Shown here: positions 42,427 to 51,432 of the stretch, in pieces | Layout of the letters: each line of letters starts with the position of its first letter | Position numbering within the stretch: the first letter of the stretch is position 1 | DNA from: Nitrosopumilus sp. | GTDB taxonomy: Archaea > Thermoproteota > Nitrososphaeria > Nitrososphaerales > Nitrosopumilaceae | Assembly: GCA_965207075.1 (NCBI GenBank) | Contig: CBDBLO010000002.1 | Span: forward strand, 1,152,001 to 1,216,000 | Direction: 5' to 3' | DNA: 64,000 nt | Position numbers and translations under genes: made by a program | The notes under the pieces: generated by a model | What the model was told of the DNA's origin: nothing | Database searches by the model: none | The model's input: the letters and a program-made list of their open reading frames with translations, nothing else

Positions 42427-42931
42427 CAGCGTATGCCTCCAGCGGCCTTGGTATGTTGTGCTTTTCGCGCTTGCGGCGGCCGGACAGTTCCCGTCTGTCC
42501 TCCGCGGTCTTCTTGTGGTGGCAATCGGAGCACAGCGTGCGCAGGTTGTCCCGGTCCCAGAAGGCGCCGCCGTTTGACACGGCTGTAATGTGGTCCACCT
42601 CCAGCCAGTCGTAGCTCAGTGTCCCGTTGCTGTACTTTTCCACGTGCCCGCACATCTGGCACGTATGCTTGTCGCGCCGGATGACCTCCAGGCGCACCGA
42701 AACCCACCGCTCGAACTGGGACCACCATACGGCGGTGTGTTCCTTGCTGCACGACCACCACGCCGAGTTGCGCGAGGGCTTGCCGCACCAGCACTTGCCT
42801 GCATGTAAGTTTGTCAGGGCGGTATGCAGTTCCATCCCCTCCGGCCACGTCCACACTATGTGCTCGTACGGGCGGCCGTTGGCCGAGCCGATGCATCCCG
42901 CCAGCGAGGGCGTCGGATAACTGTAGGGCAT
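42413..42931 (-). CDS. HNH endonuclease (paralog 2)
   Basis: RDKHTCQMCG..EVDHI..GG...NLRTLC..CH.KKT. Confidence 0.88.
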   Translation of the reverse strand: MPYSYPTPSLAGCIGSANGRPYEHIVWTWPEGMELHTALTNLHAGKCWCGKPSRNSAWWSCSKEHTAVWWSQFERWVSVRLEVIRRDKHTCQMCGHVEKYSNGTLSYDWLEVDHITAVSNGGAFWDRDNLRTLCSDCHHKKTAEDRRELSGRRKREKHNIPRPLEAYADVQA

Positions 42932-44487
42932 CTACCGCGCACCCGCCCCGGCCTGCGGCGCGGGAGCCACCACCGTACTGCGGGCGCCCTCGGTCACGGC
43001 GGCATCCGGGGCGTGCCTTGCAGACGGCAGCATGACGACGGCCGTGCGCAGGCCGCTTGTCAGCCACGAGATTGCTTTGCCCCTCTCCATCCAACCACCT
43101 CCTCCCCTGCGCGGGCGCAGGTACCTAGCGCGCTCCCTCACCACTTCGAGCTTTTCGGACTCCAGCATGCCGTGCAGCGGCGGCGGGCCCACTACTTCCC
43201 ACGTGCACCGCCCGCCGCCGTTGTGCGCGGACATCTGCTCCGCCAGCAGACAGGCGTACCGCATGAGTTCCCGGCGCACCCTGCGGGCGTCGCCCCGCAC
43301 GTACGCGTACGTTCCGCCCCGTGCCGTACTGCGCGGCTGCCCCGGCGCGTGGCCGGCGTCGCACATGACGACGGCGGCCATGCCGGCGGAGGTCTCAACG
43401 TACACGACCTTGGCCTCGCGCGCGTGCTGCATGCGGCGCATGGCCCGCATCACCTGGCCGTCCCACACCGGGTACGTCGGCGGGTGCCGCCAGCCGCCGG
43501 CCTTATTTTTCATACGCGCAGGGACGCCGGATTGTTAAAAGCCATTCAGTCCGCCCGCGTTTGCCGCCGCACCGCGACGGCTGACTGTTGGCCGGCCTGT
43601 CGGCAGGCAGCGCGCGGCCGACGGCAAGGTCAGAAGGTGGCGTCGCAGTCCCTGCACTGCGTCTCGGATGTGTACCCGCCGCAGTCGGTTTCAGGATAGT
43701 AGGTGCGCGTGTTTGTGGAGCTGCATTCGGGGCACTTTGAGCCGCAGTCGCAGGGTCCTGGCGAGCCGCATTCGGAGCATGACATGCCTTTGATTGGCGG
43801 GCGTCCAATTTATACCGCGCCGCCCACCGCGGGAGGAAGGCAGATTCACCCGACCTCCGGGCTTGCATCCGCGCATTCCTCATGCACGTCGCGGCGGGGC
43901 GTTCCCCTGGCGCACCGTACCCAGCGCCCGCACACCCTGCAGTACATCACGGGTCACACTCCCAGAAGGGCACCCAGAAGAACCCGCGCTTGCACCCGGG
44001 GCAGACTGCAAATTTCAAATACTTCACGTAGTCTCTCTCCAGTTGGCTGCTCTGCAGCTTGCGCCTGCAGGACACGCAGACCACCGGAACGACGGCCGGA
44101 CCCGCCACGGAGAAATAGATGACCCTGAAGTGCGGACGCCGGCACTGCGGGCAGACGGCATGCTCTGACCTGTTGAGTCCCAGCAGTTCCCCCGCCCCGC
44201 AGGTCAGCCTGCAGAATGCGCACATGACCTGAACCATCAGGCCCCGTCCCCGCCCGGTCCGCACGCGGGACAGCTCCACGTCCGCACGATGCACCCGTGC
44301 TTCTCGACGTCCGTGGGGACCTGCGGTTCCATGCAGGACGGGCAGGGGTGGTTTGAGCGGCCGCGCTCGCGCTCGCAGCACGCGTGGGAGCAGAACCTGC
44401 CGGCAAACGGCCTCTTCCCGGCGGGCAGCGCGAAGCCGCACTCGGGGCACGAGTTTTTCCTGCCAGCGGTTTCTGCGACACCCGGCA

Positions 44488-45009
44488 TCATGCGCCGGCA
44501 GCCTCCCGGTACGCGGCGTCCTCCCACTCCGGTATGATCCACGTGCCGGCCGGCACCTCCTCCCCAAAGTACACGCGCCGCCCTGTCACCTCTTCGCTCG
44601 CGTACGTCAACTTTTTGAACGGCACGGCGATGCGGACGTCCGACGCCCCGCCCCGCCCCTCGAGCGCGCGCAGCACGGCGCGCAGGGTGTCGCCGGTCTC
44701 CAGCACGTCGTCCACTACGAGTATGCGCCCGCCGTCCAGGCGGATGTCCGTTCCCTCCGCCACGCACGCGTCGCGCACTGCGTTCCCCCGCTCGTCGTAC
44801 TTTGACGCCGTAATTCTAGCGAGCCCGGCCCGCGCGTGACACGAGGTGTTCACGCGCACCAACGCCATGTCCGCTGGGATGCGCCCCCCGCGCTCGACCG
44901 ATACGACGACGTCCGGCTCCCAACCGTCGGCGAGCACCCTGTTCATCACTGCATGCATGAGCTCACCCACGTCCGCGTACGACCTGGTCTCACGCGCCAT
45001 GACGGGCAT
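44488..45009 (-). CDS. Type I phosphoribosyltransferase (Gpt/Hpt-like)
   Basis: ERGG.IPA; PRPP-binding motif ILVVDDVLETGDT; WIIPEWE. Confidence 0.85.
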   Translation of the reverse strand: MPVMARETRSYADVGELMHAVMNRVLADGWEPDVVVSVERGGRIPADMALVRVNTSCHARAGLARITASKYDERGNAVRDACVAEGTDIRLDGGRILVVDDVLETGDTLRAVLRALEGRGGASDVRIAVPFKKLTYASEEVTGRRVYFGEEVPAGTWIIPEWEDAAYREAAGA

Positions 45010-46195
45010 TCATCCTATCACGTAAAAACTACCTTTCCGGCGGCGCTGGCAACAGTCAGTAGGCGCCGTCGCCCGCGCCCTCGCGCGCCGTCCATCCCTT
45101 TGCATGGTGCACCCGCTGCGCGTGCTCTGTCATCTCGTCGGGCGTGGCGGCCACGTAGCGGCGGCACTCCCAGCGGCCGCTGGCGCACACGTAGCTGCCG
45201 TCGTTGCGCAGCCTCACCCTGAGCATGCCGTCGGCGTTGAGCGCGTACTGGGACATCACGTCCGCCCCGCGTACGCACCGTCGGGCTTTTTGCGCATCCA
45301 GTCGCTGCCTTTGCTGCCGCCCTCCTCCACGCGCTCGCTCCCCGGGTCGTTCATCACGTCCTGGTGCGTCTTCGTGCAGCCGCAGTCCAGGCACCCGGTC
45401 CCGTGCCCCGACTCGTCGTCGTGCGACGTAGCCCAGTGGCCGCAGGCGCACTTGTATTTGGTCATGCCATCACCGTCCGCCCCAGTCCTTCCCGGTACCC
45501 TCCTTCCACTTGCGGCACGGGTAACAGACAGTGTTGCCGCTGTTTGTCAAAAAATTCTCACCGCACTGCTCGCACGTGGCGGCCTTTTTCCCACGGCCTG
45601 CCGGTATCGGCATCAGGGCTCGCCCCCATGCACTAGGATCACTCTCAGCAGCAGCGCCAACGAACGGAATGAAACGCGGCGCATTTAACCGCCGTACTAG
45701 AGGTTTGTCCAGCAGTCGCACTCCGACGGCACGGTCGACCGGTCGGCGTGCCCGCAGTCTTTGCACTTCTGTACGGTGACCTGCGTGCCGCACTGGGGGC
45801 ACGGCTGCTTTTCATCGTGGATGCGCGGTCAGTGGCAGTTGCTGCACGAGGACGTAAGCGGCATATCCTGACTGCCACCCGGGAAATAAAAGGCCGTCAA
45901 ACGTCCTCATTGCAGGCGGCGCTCCCGTCGCATGGGACATGCCGCACGTACTCATACTTCCAACCGCCCGTGGCTTGGACCGCAGTACCTCCCACCCCAC
46001 TTCCGGTAGCAGTTGCCGCACATGGCGTCGCCACATCCGGCACAGTTCTCGTCGATGCCCTCGCCCATCGTCCCCTCCGGCAGGCCGCAGTCGGAGCATT
46101 TCTCGCTTGGCATCGGTCGCACAGCGCGCGGCGTCTTAAAAAGCGCGGGCCGCCGGATTCTGGGATGCTTTTACACGCGGCGGCGCATGTGGGGC

Positions 46196-46669
46196 ATGCC
46201 GTCCGACCCGCCGTCCGTGTACATCAGCAAGGCCAGGAGGGCGGACGCGCTGGAGTTCTATCAGGTGGAAGCAAAGTGCTTCGAGATGGACGCCAACGAC
46301 AGAGACACCACATACTACTGGACGCCCATACTGGAGCACGAATTTTGTTTGAAGGCAGTCACGGGGGACGCAAAAATTGTTGGCGGCGCGGTCACGATGC
46401 CCACGTACGACAAACGGTGGTATGTCAACTCGCTGTTCGTCCTGCCGGCATACCGGAGGTGCGGCGTCGCCCGCAAGATGATGGACATGGTGGTCGGCGA
46501 GGCGGAACAACGCGGATGCAGTATGGTGCTTGACGTAAAGACCGACCGGCCGCACCTGCTCAAGTTCTACGGCTCGCTGGGGTTTAGCACGTCGTACCGC
46601 TCGGTCGACCACTATCGCGACGGCGAGGACAGGTTCATTATGACCCGTCCCGCACCGGATTCGCGGTAA
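46196..46669 (+). CDS. GNAT acetyltransferase (RimI-like)
   Basis: LFVLPAYRRCGVA, L.V...FY.SLGF, HY.DGED..IM. Confidence 0.85.
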   Translation: MPSDPPSVYISKARRADALEFYQVEAKCFEMDANDRDTTYYWTPILEHEFCLKAVTGDAKIVGGAVTMPTYDKRWYVNSLFVLPAYRRCGVARKMMDMVVGEAEQRGCSMVLDVKTDRPHLLKFYGSLGFSTSYRSVDHYRDGEDRFIMTRPAPDSR

Positions 46670-46700
46670 TTTTTATTGGACGTCGGCGACTGCTCGCGGC

Positions 46701-46817
46701 ATGGCAGAAGAGGAAGAAGTACGGGACGCGGCGCCCGACATGGAGGAGTGGCGCCGCATGGCAAGCAGTATGATACGCGAGAACAGGGCGGTCTTCGACG
46801 AGCTGGTGGACAGGTGA
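46701..46817 (+). CDS. Putative short Phd-like antitoxin (38 aa)
   Basis: MAEEEE...MIRENRAVFDELVDR, overlapping the doc start by TGATG. Confidence 0.6.
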   Translation: MAEEEEVRDAAPDMEEWRRMASSMIRENRAVFDELVDR

Positions 46818-47224
46818 TGCTTGTCCCCACTGCCGCCCACCTGCTGGCGGCCCACGTTGAGATACAGAGGGCGTACCCCGCGGTGCCCGGCGGACTCGCC
46901 GACACCAGCAGGCTTGCCTCCATAGCGGAGCGGCCGTTCCGCGCGACGTACGGTCAGCGAAGGTACGTCACGATTTACGAACAGGCGGCCTGCCTCATGG
47001 AAGGCATGATCAGGTTCCACCCGTTTCCAGACGGCAACAAGCGCACCGCCCTGCTGGTCGCATCACTTTTCCTTCGCGCCAACGGCATCCGCCTGGCAAT
47101 CGGCACGGACGCGGTGGACTTTGTCGTGGGCGTGGCCAGGAGCGGCGCCGGTACGGAGGACGAAATTTCCGAAATTATGCACCACATGGCCGACTGGCTC
47201 AAGACGCGCAGCACGGCCGCATGA
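46817..47224 (+). CDS. doc: Fic/Doc family toxin
   Basis: HPFPDGNKRTA motif. Confidence 0.9.
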   Translation: MLVPTAAHLLAAHVEIQRAYPAVPGGLADTSRLASIAERPFRATYGQRRYVTIYEQAACLMEGMIRFHPFPDGNKRTALLVASLFLRANGIRLAIGTDAVDFVVGVARSGAGTEDEISEIMHHMADWLKTRSTAA

Positions 47225-47245
47225 CGCCGCACGCGTAAGGATCCG

Positions 47246-48142
47246 TCAGTGGGCGGCGCCCGGCCCGTGCTCAAAGAGATTGCGCGCGGCGTCCGCGACG
47301 GCGCTGCCACCGTCCCCGCCAGCCCTCAGCAGCCCCTGCCACACGTTCAGCCGCCCCAGAAACTCGTCAATGTAGTCCCGGGTGCGCGCCTTGAACACCT
47401 GCATGGTGTCCCCCTCGCTCGACGCCAGTATGACGGCCTGTTCCACCAGTACGCCGGACATCTCATAGTACATGGCCATGTAGGCGGCGGCCTGCAGGTA
47501 ATAGTCGTGCACCCACCCGGGCTTTTGCGGCCCGCGCTTTGTCTTGTAGTCGATTATGCTGAGCACGCCGTCGTACTCCGCTATGCAGTCCGACGTGCCT
47601 GCAAGCTGCAGGTTGTCCGAGTGCAGTATGAGTTCGGTCCCGCGCACCATGTCAATGCGGTCCAGATGCGGCAGGAAGTTCTCGTGGTGCGCCCTGGCCA
47701 TCAGCTTGAACGGCTCGTCCGACTCGTCCGGCACCATCCCGCGCACATAGTACTCGTTGAGCTGGTGCGCCTGCGTGCCGATCACTGCAGCCTCGCGCGT
47801 GATGTGGTCGGCCACATCGTACCCGACCCTACGCCTCCAGTCCTCCAGGCCGCGCGCGTCCTCCTCCGATTTGGTCGCGCCGAGTACCGTCGTGACGGAG
47901 GCGTACGCCCTTCCCTCCGGCGTCACGTACCTGTGCCCCGGGGTCATGCGGGCGGGCGCCCCGCGTATGCCGCTGGGAACATACGTGAACCTGCGGCGGG
48001 TTCTGGCCGGTTCTCCTCCTCCCCCCTCCGTCCCGGGCGCGTGGTCCGGCCCGACACCGCCGTACATCTTGGGTATCGGCAGGCGGCCGCCTGACGACGC
48101 GTCAAGCCACACGGCGCCCTCCGGCGCCCTCTCGAGCATCAT
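47246..48142 (-). CDS. Phage-type PD-(D/E)XK exonuclease
   Basis: SVTTVL, GT.AH, AGTSDC..IIDYKT, Q.AAY. Confidence 0.85.
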   Translation of the reverse strand: MMLERAPEGAVWLDASSGGRLPIPKMYGGVGPDHAPGTEGGGGEPARTRRRFTYVPSGIRGAPARMTPGHRYVTPEGRAYASVTTVLGATKSEEDARGLEDWRRRVGYDVADHITREAAVIGTQAHQLNEYYVRGMVPDESDEPFKLMARAHHENFLPHLDRIDMVRGTELILHSDNLQLAGTSDCIAEYDGVLSIIDYKTKRGPQKPGWVHDYYLQAAAYMAMYYEMSGVLVEQAVILASSEGDTMQVFKARTRDYIDEFLGRLNVWQGLLRAGGDGGSAVADAARNLFEHGPGAAH

Positions 48143-48473
48143 GCCTTTTTGGACGCCCCCTTGGCGCGTATCTTCGTACTGTATGCCGGCTGCACCTCGT
48201 GGCACTTGGTGCACATCCATAACTCCACGCCGACTGACTGCACGTGCCCGCACGCGCGGCACGTGAGCAGCCTTTTGCCCCTCGTGTCTGTATGGCGCAC
48301 CGCCCGCTCGTCCACAAGCTGCCGCTTCTTGCACGCGCCGCAGTGCCACACCTCGTCGGACTTGACGCACTGCACGTGGCCGCAGTACTCGCAGGCGAGA
48401 TATTTTTTTTCCATATTTTTTCTATATGTTTTCTATAACTTAAGTGTGAGGGAGGCTTCCGGGCGTCAAAGGC

Positions 48474-48552
48474 GTCCGAAAATTCCTACTAATTGATTAA
48501 GCGGAAACAATTCTTTCCGCTTAATCGATTAACAGGAATATTTGGGGCGGAC
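48474..48552. repeat. Dispersed palindromic repeat, copy 2
   Basis: Matches 154-232; second half-site TTCCGCTTAATCGATTAACAGGAA. Confidence 0.9.
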
Positions 48553-48633
48553 GGCATGCCCGGGGGGCTGGAACCGGCGCGCGTGGGTTTCATGACGCGG
48601 ACAGGAAAAAAAAAGGGGGGGGGGGTCGGTCGG

Positions 48634-49473
48634 TCAGTTTGCGACCGGCAGCGGCACGGCCATGCCGCGTCCCGCCTCCGCGCACTTGGCGGCGTCCTCC
48701 AGTATGCGCTCTATGGCCTCACACGTGCGGTCAAGCACCTTCAGGCACTGCCTGCCCAGCTTCTCGCCGTCCGCCACGTCGCATCCCGCATACTGCGACA
48801 CGTACATGGCGGTCCACGCGGACACGTCCACGCCGTACATGTGCGCCAAGGCGCACGCCCCGAGCTGCGCGACCGTCTCCTGCACGGGGTCCTGCCCGTT
48901 CCTACGGTCCTCGCGGTCCCTGAGGTCGTACCAGTGCACCAGCTCGTGCAGGTACACGTCGGGAGACTCGCTGCTGAGCGTCATGTGCCCGCTCTTCACG
49001 TCGATGGCGCCGTACTCACCCGCGTGCGTGTTCATGTAGCGCACGTCGATGCCGTTGTACTCGGCCAGCCCGAACAGCGGGGGCAGTTCCCGGGGCTCGT
49101 ACTCCTGCAACGGAGCGCCCTCCGTGTCCTCGTAGCGGAACACCGGGACCGCGCGGAAGCCGACCATGATCTTGCGGTCTTCCTCCTCCTCCCCGTCCCT
49201 CTTGTTCGCGTTCACGAGCAGCGGGGCCAGGATATACAGGGACTTCGCCCCCCTGCGGACGTGCCGCCCTACTTTCTCCCACTGCCTGTAGCCGCGCGCA
49301 TCCGCGGTGCCTGAAAGCGCCACCAGTATGCGGTTGCAGCGGCTCCACTTCGACGACGGGACGTCGCCGGCCTGGATGTACGACTTTGCGATCGCCGCGG
49401 GCAGGTCGCCGGACGCCATGCGCCCGACAAGCCCCTCCAGGACTGTTTTTGCCGTTGATGAATTTCTTGACAT
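48634..49473 (-). CDS. ardC: ArdC-like anti-restriction / ssDNA-binding protein with zincin motif
   Basis: WS..N..L, GYRQWEKVGRHVRRGAK..ILAP, VF..EDTEG.PL, HELVH, E.VA. Confidence 0.8.
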   Translation of the reverse strand: MSRNSSTAKTVLEGLVGRMASGDLPAAIAKSYIQAGDVPSSKWSRCNRILVALSGTADARGYRQWEKVGRHVRRGAKSLYILAPLLVNANKRDGEEEEDRKIMVGFRAVPVFRYEDTEGAPLQEYEPRELPPLFGLAEYNGIDVRYMNTHAGEYGAIDVKSGHMTLSSESPDVYLHELVHWYDLRDREDRRNGQDPVQETVAQLGACALAHMYGVDVSAWTAMYVSQYAGCDVADGEKLGRQCLKVLDRTCEAIERILEDAAKCAEAGRGMAVPLPVAN

Positions 49474-49592
49474 GATATGGTTACGGACTATTAATATTTA
49501 ATAGTTTATCTGATTTTATCAGATTAAGTTTGATGCCGTCCGATACTTTTCCGCTGGTTTGGTGCTTAAACCCATGCGGTATGGGTGGGGGT

Positions 49593-51425
49593 ATGGGTGT
49601 TGGGACGGGCGCCGGTTCCGCGGGCGGCGGGAGGCGCAACGGCAGGAGGGGCGGCAAGAAAAAGAAGAAGGGACAGGGCGGTGTCTCCGTGGGCTCCGTG
49701 CAGGGCGGCGGCCGCACGGTGCGCATACTGATGAAGTACGGGGCGGTGCGCAAGGCCCACGACTGGTTTGCCGAGAGGATCGCGGCCGACGTGCCGGTGG
49801 CGGGCGTGGCGGTGAGCCCGCGCGTAAAGGCGGCGGAGGCCGTCGGGCAGGTGGCATACGCCGCGCCGCCGTCCGTGGCGGCCGCGGTGCTGCTGTTCCT
49901 CATAGTGGGAAGCCCGCTGGCGCTCGCGTGCATGGCGGCCCCCGCCCTCGTATACTTTGCAAGGTTGTACGGGCTGCGCGACAAGATACGCAGGCGGGCG
50001 CAGGACGTGGAGTCCGAACTGTTCTTCTTCGTCATTTTTTGCGACATCATGGAAAAGACCGGCCGCGGGCTGTTCGGGGCGTTTGAGGCGGTGAGGGACG
50101 CCGGTTCGGGGGCCGCTGCCGCCGGCGGCGAAGACCCCGGCGGCAAAAAGGGCAGGAACCTGTTCCCCGCGCTCCACCGCGAGGCCCTGATCATACGCAG
50201 GGAGATGGAGGTGTTCATGAGGTCGTTTGGGGACATGCTCCACGAGCTTGGATACATGCACCCCAGCACGGAGTTCCGCGACTTTCTGCGCGGGTATGCG
50301 GTCTCGCAGAACACGGGGGGCGTCGGCACGGCCGCCTACCTGTCAGAAAAGCTCCGGGAGTACCACGTGGCCGCCAAGATGCGCATGGAGTCCTACGTGT
50401 CCACCGCGGAGATGCTGGCGACCGTGGGCTCGTTCGGCCTGGTGATGTTCCCCATGTTCGTGGTGGTGGGCGGCATCATGATCGACGGCAGCACGCTGCT
50501 GTTCATGTGCGCCTTTGGCATCATGCTCATACCCATCATAATCCTGATGCTGATCAAGAAGGCGTCGGCCGCCAGCCCGGTGCCCGCGCCGTCGGTGAAG
50601 CTGGACAGGCGCCCGCTGATTGCGGCCGGCGCGGCGGGCGCCGCGTGCGCCGTACTGCAGATGGAGTGGTGGGAGTGCGTGGCCATACCGCTGATCGTGT
50701 GGTCCATTGCAAACCACGTCGCCAGCAGGCGGCTCATCGCGGGCGCGGCGGGGCTGGAAAAGTCAATCCCGGCGTGGATCCGCGACATCGGGCAGAAGAC
50801 AAGGTCAAACCCGAGCTTCTTCGCGGCGTTCAAGGCGACGGAGGGCACGGGCGCGTACACGAAGCAGTTCAACTCCGTATTACGCGCCATCAAGTCGCAG
50901 GTGTCGCTGGGCGTCACGATGTCGCAGGCCATGCAGGACGCCCGCACGGGCTCGTGGCTCGCGGACTGTGTGATGCGGCTCATGTCCCACGCGTCAAAGA
51001 GCGGGTCCGTCACGCCGGCCGTATTGGAGAGGCTGGCGCTGTTCGCCTCGCAGTACCTGGAGACCAAGCAGGAGATGGCGAGCAAGACCGTAAACTCGCT
51101 GATGACCGGGTACATGGGGTCGATAATAGTGGTCATGATGCTGCTGATGATACCGAGCATGTCGTTTGACCAGTTCGGCGCCTACGAGGAAATTCTGCAG
51201 ACCGGTGCGTCCGGCGTCAACCTCACGGACCCCACGTACGACCCCGGCTCGCTGGTTGCGGATTTGAACCTGGTGCTCGTGGTGGTGGGCGGTTTCTGCT
51301 CCATGATGCTGGTGACGCAGATAAGGTACAGCACGGTGCTGTACTCGCTGCACACCGGCGCGCTGCTCACGGCCATCACGGCGCTGTTCCTCTATGACAA
51401 GTACGTGGGCGTCTCGCTCGGGTGA
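49593..51425 (+). CDS. Type II secretion F-family (TadC/ArlJ-like) pilus platform protein
   Basis: Two cytoplasmic domains each followed by TM bundles; HPS.EF..FL.GY. Confidence 0.7.
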   Translation: MGVGTGAGSAGGGRRNGRRGGKKKKKGQGGVSVGSVQGGGRTVRILMKYGAVRKAHDWFAERIAADVPVAGVAVSPRVKAAEAVGQVAYAAPPSVAAAVLLFLIVGSPLALACMAAPALVYFARLYGLRDKIRRRAQDVESELFFFVIFCDIMEKTGRGLFGAFEAVRDAGSGAAAAGGEDPGGKKGRNLFPALHREALIIRREMEVFMRSFGDMLHELGYMHPSTEFRDFLRGYAVSQNTGGVGTAAYLSEKLREYHVAAKMRMESYVSTAEMLATVGSFGLVMFPMFVVVGGIMIDGSTLLFMCAFGIMLIPIIILMLIKKASAASPVPAPSVKLDRRPLIAAGAAGAACAVLQMEWWECVAIPLIVWSIANHVASRRLIAGAAGLEKSIPAWIRDIGQKTRSNPSFFAAFKATEGTGAYTKQFNSVLRAIKSQVSLGVTMSQAMQDARTGSWLADCVMRLMSHASKSGSVTPAVLERLALFASQYLETKQEMASKTVNSLMTGYMGSIIVVMMLLMIPSMSFDQFGAYEEILQTGASGVNLTDPTYDPGSLVADLNLVLVVVGGFCSMMLVTQIRYSTVLYSLHTGALLTAITALFLYDKYVGVSLG

Positions 51426-51432
51426 TGGCCGC

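Noticed and set aside
47246-48142. Cas4 / CRISPR adaptation gene
   Set aside because: No Fe-S cysteine cluster and no cas1/cas2; fits a phage-type exonuclease
48606-48625. A/G homopolymer runs (also the G-run near 31694) as phase-variation tracts
   Set aside because: Intergenic and downstream of genes; consistent with terminators or sequencing-prone homopolymers
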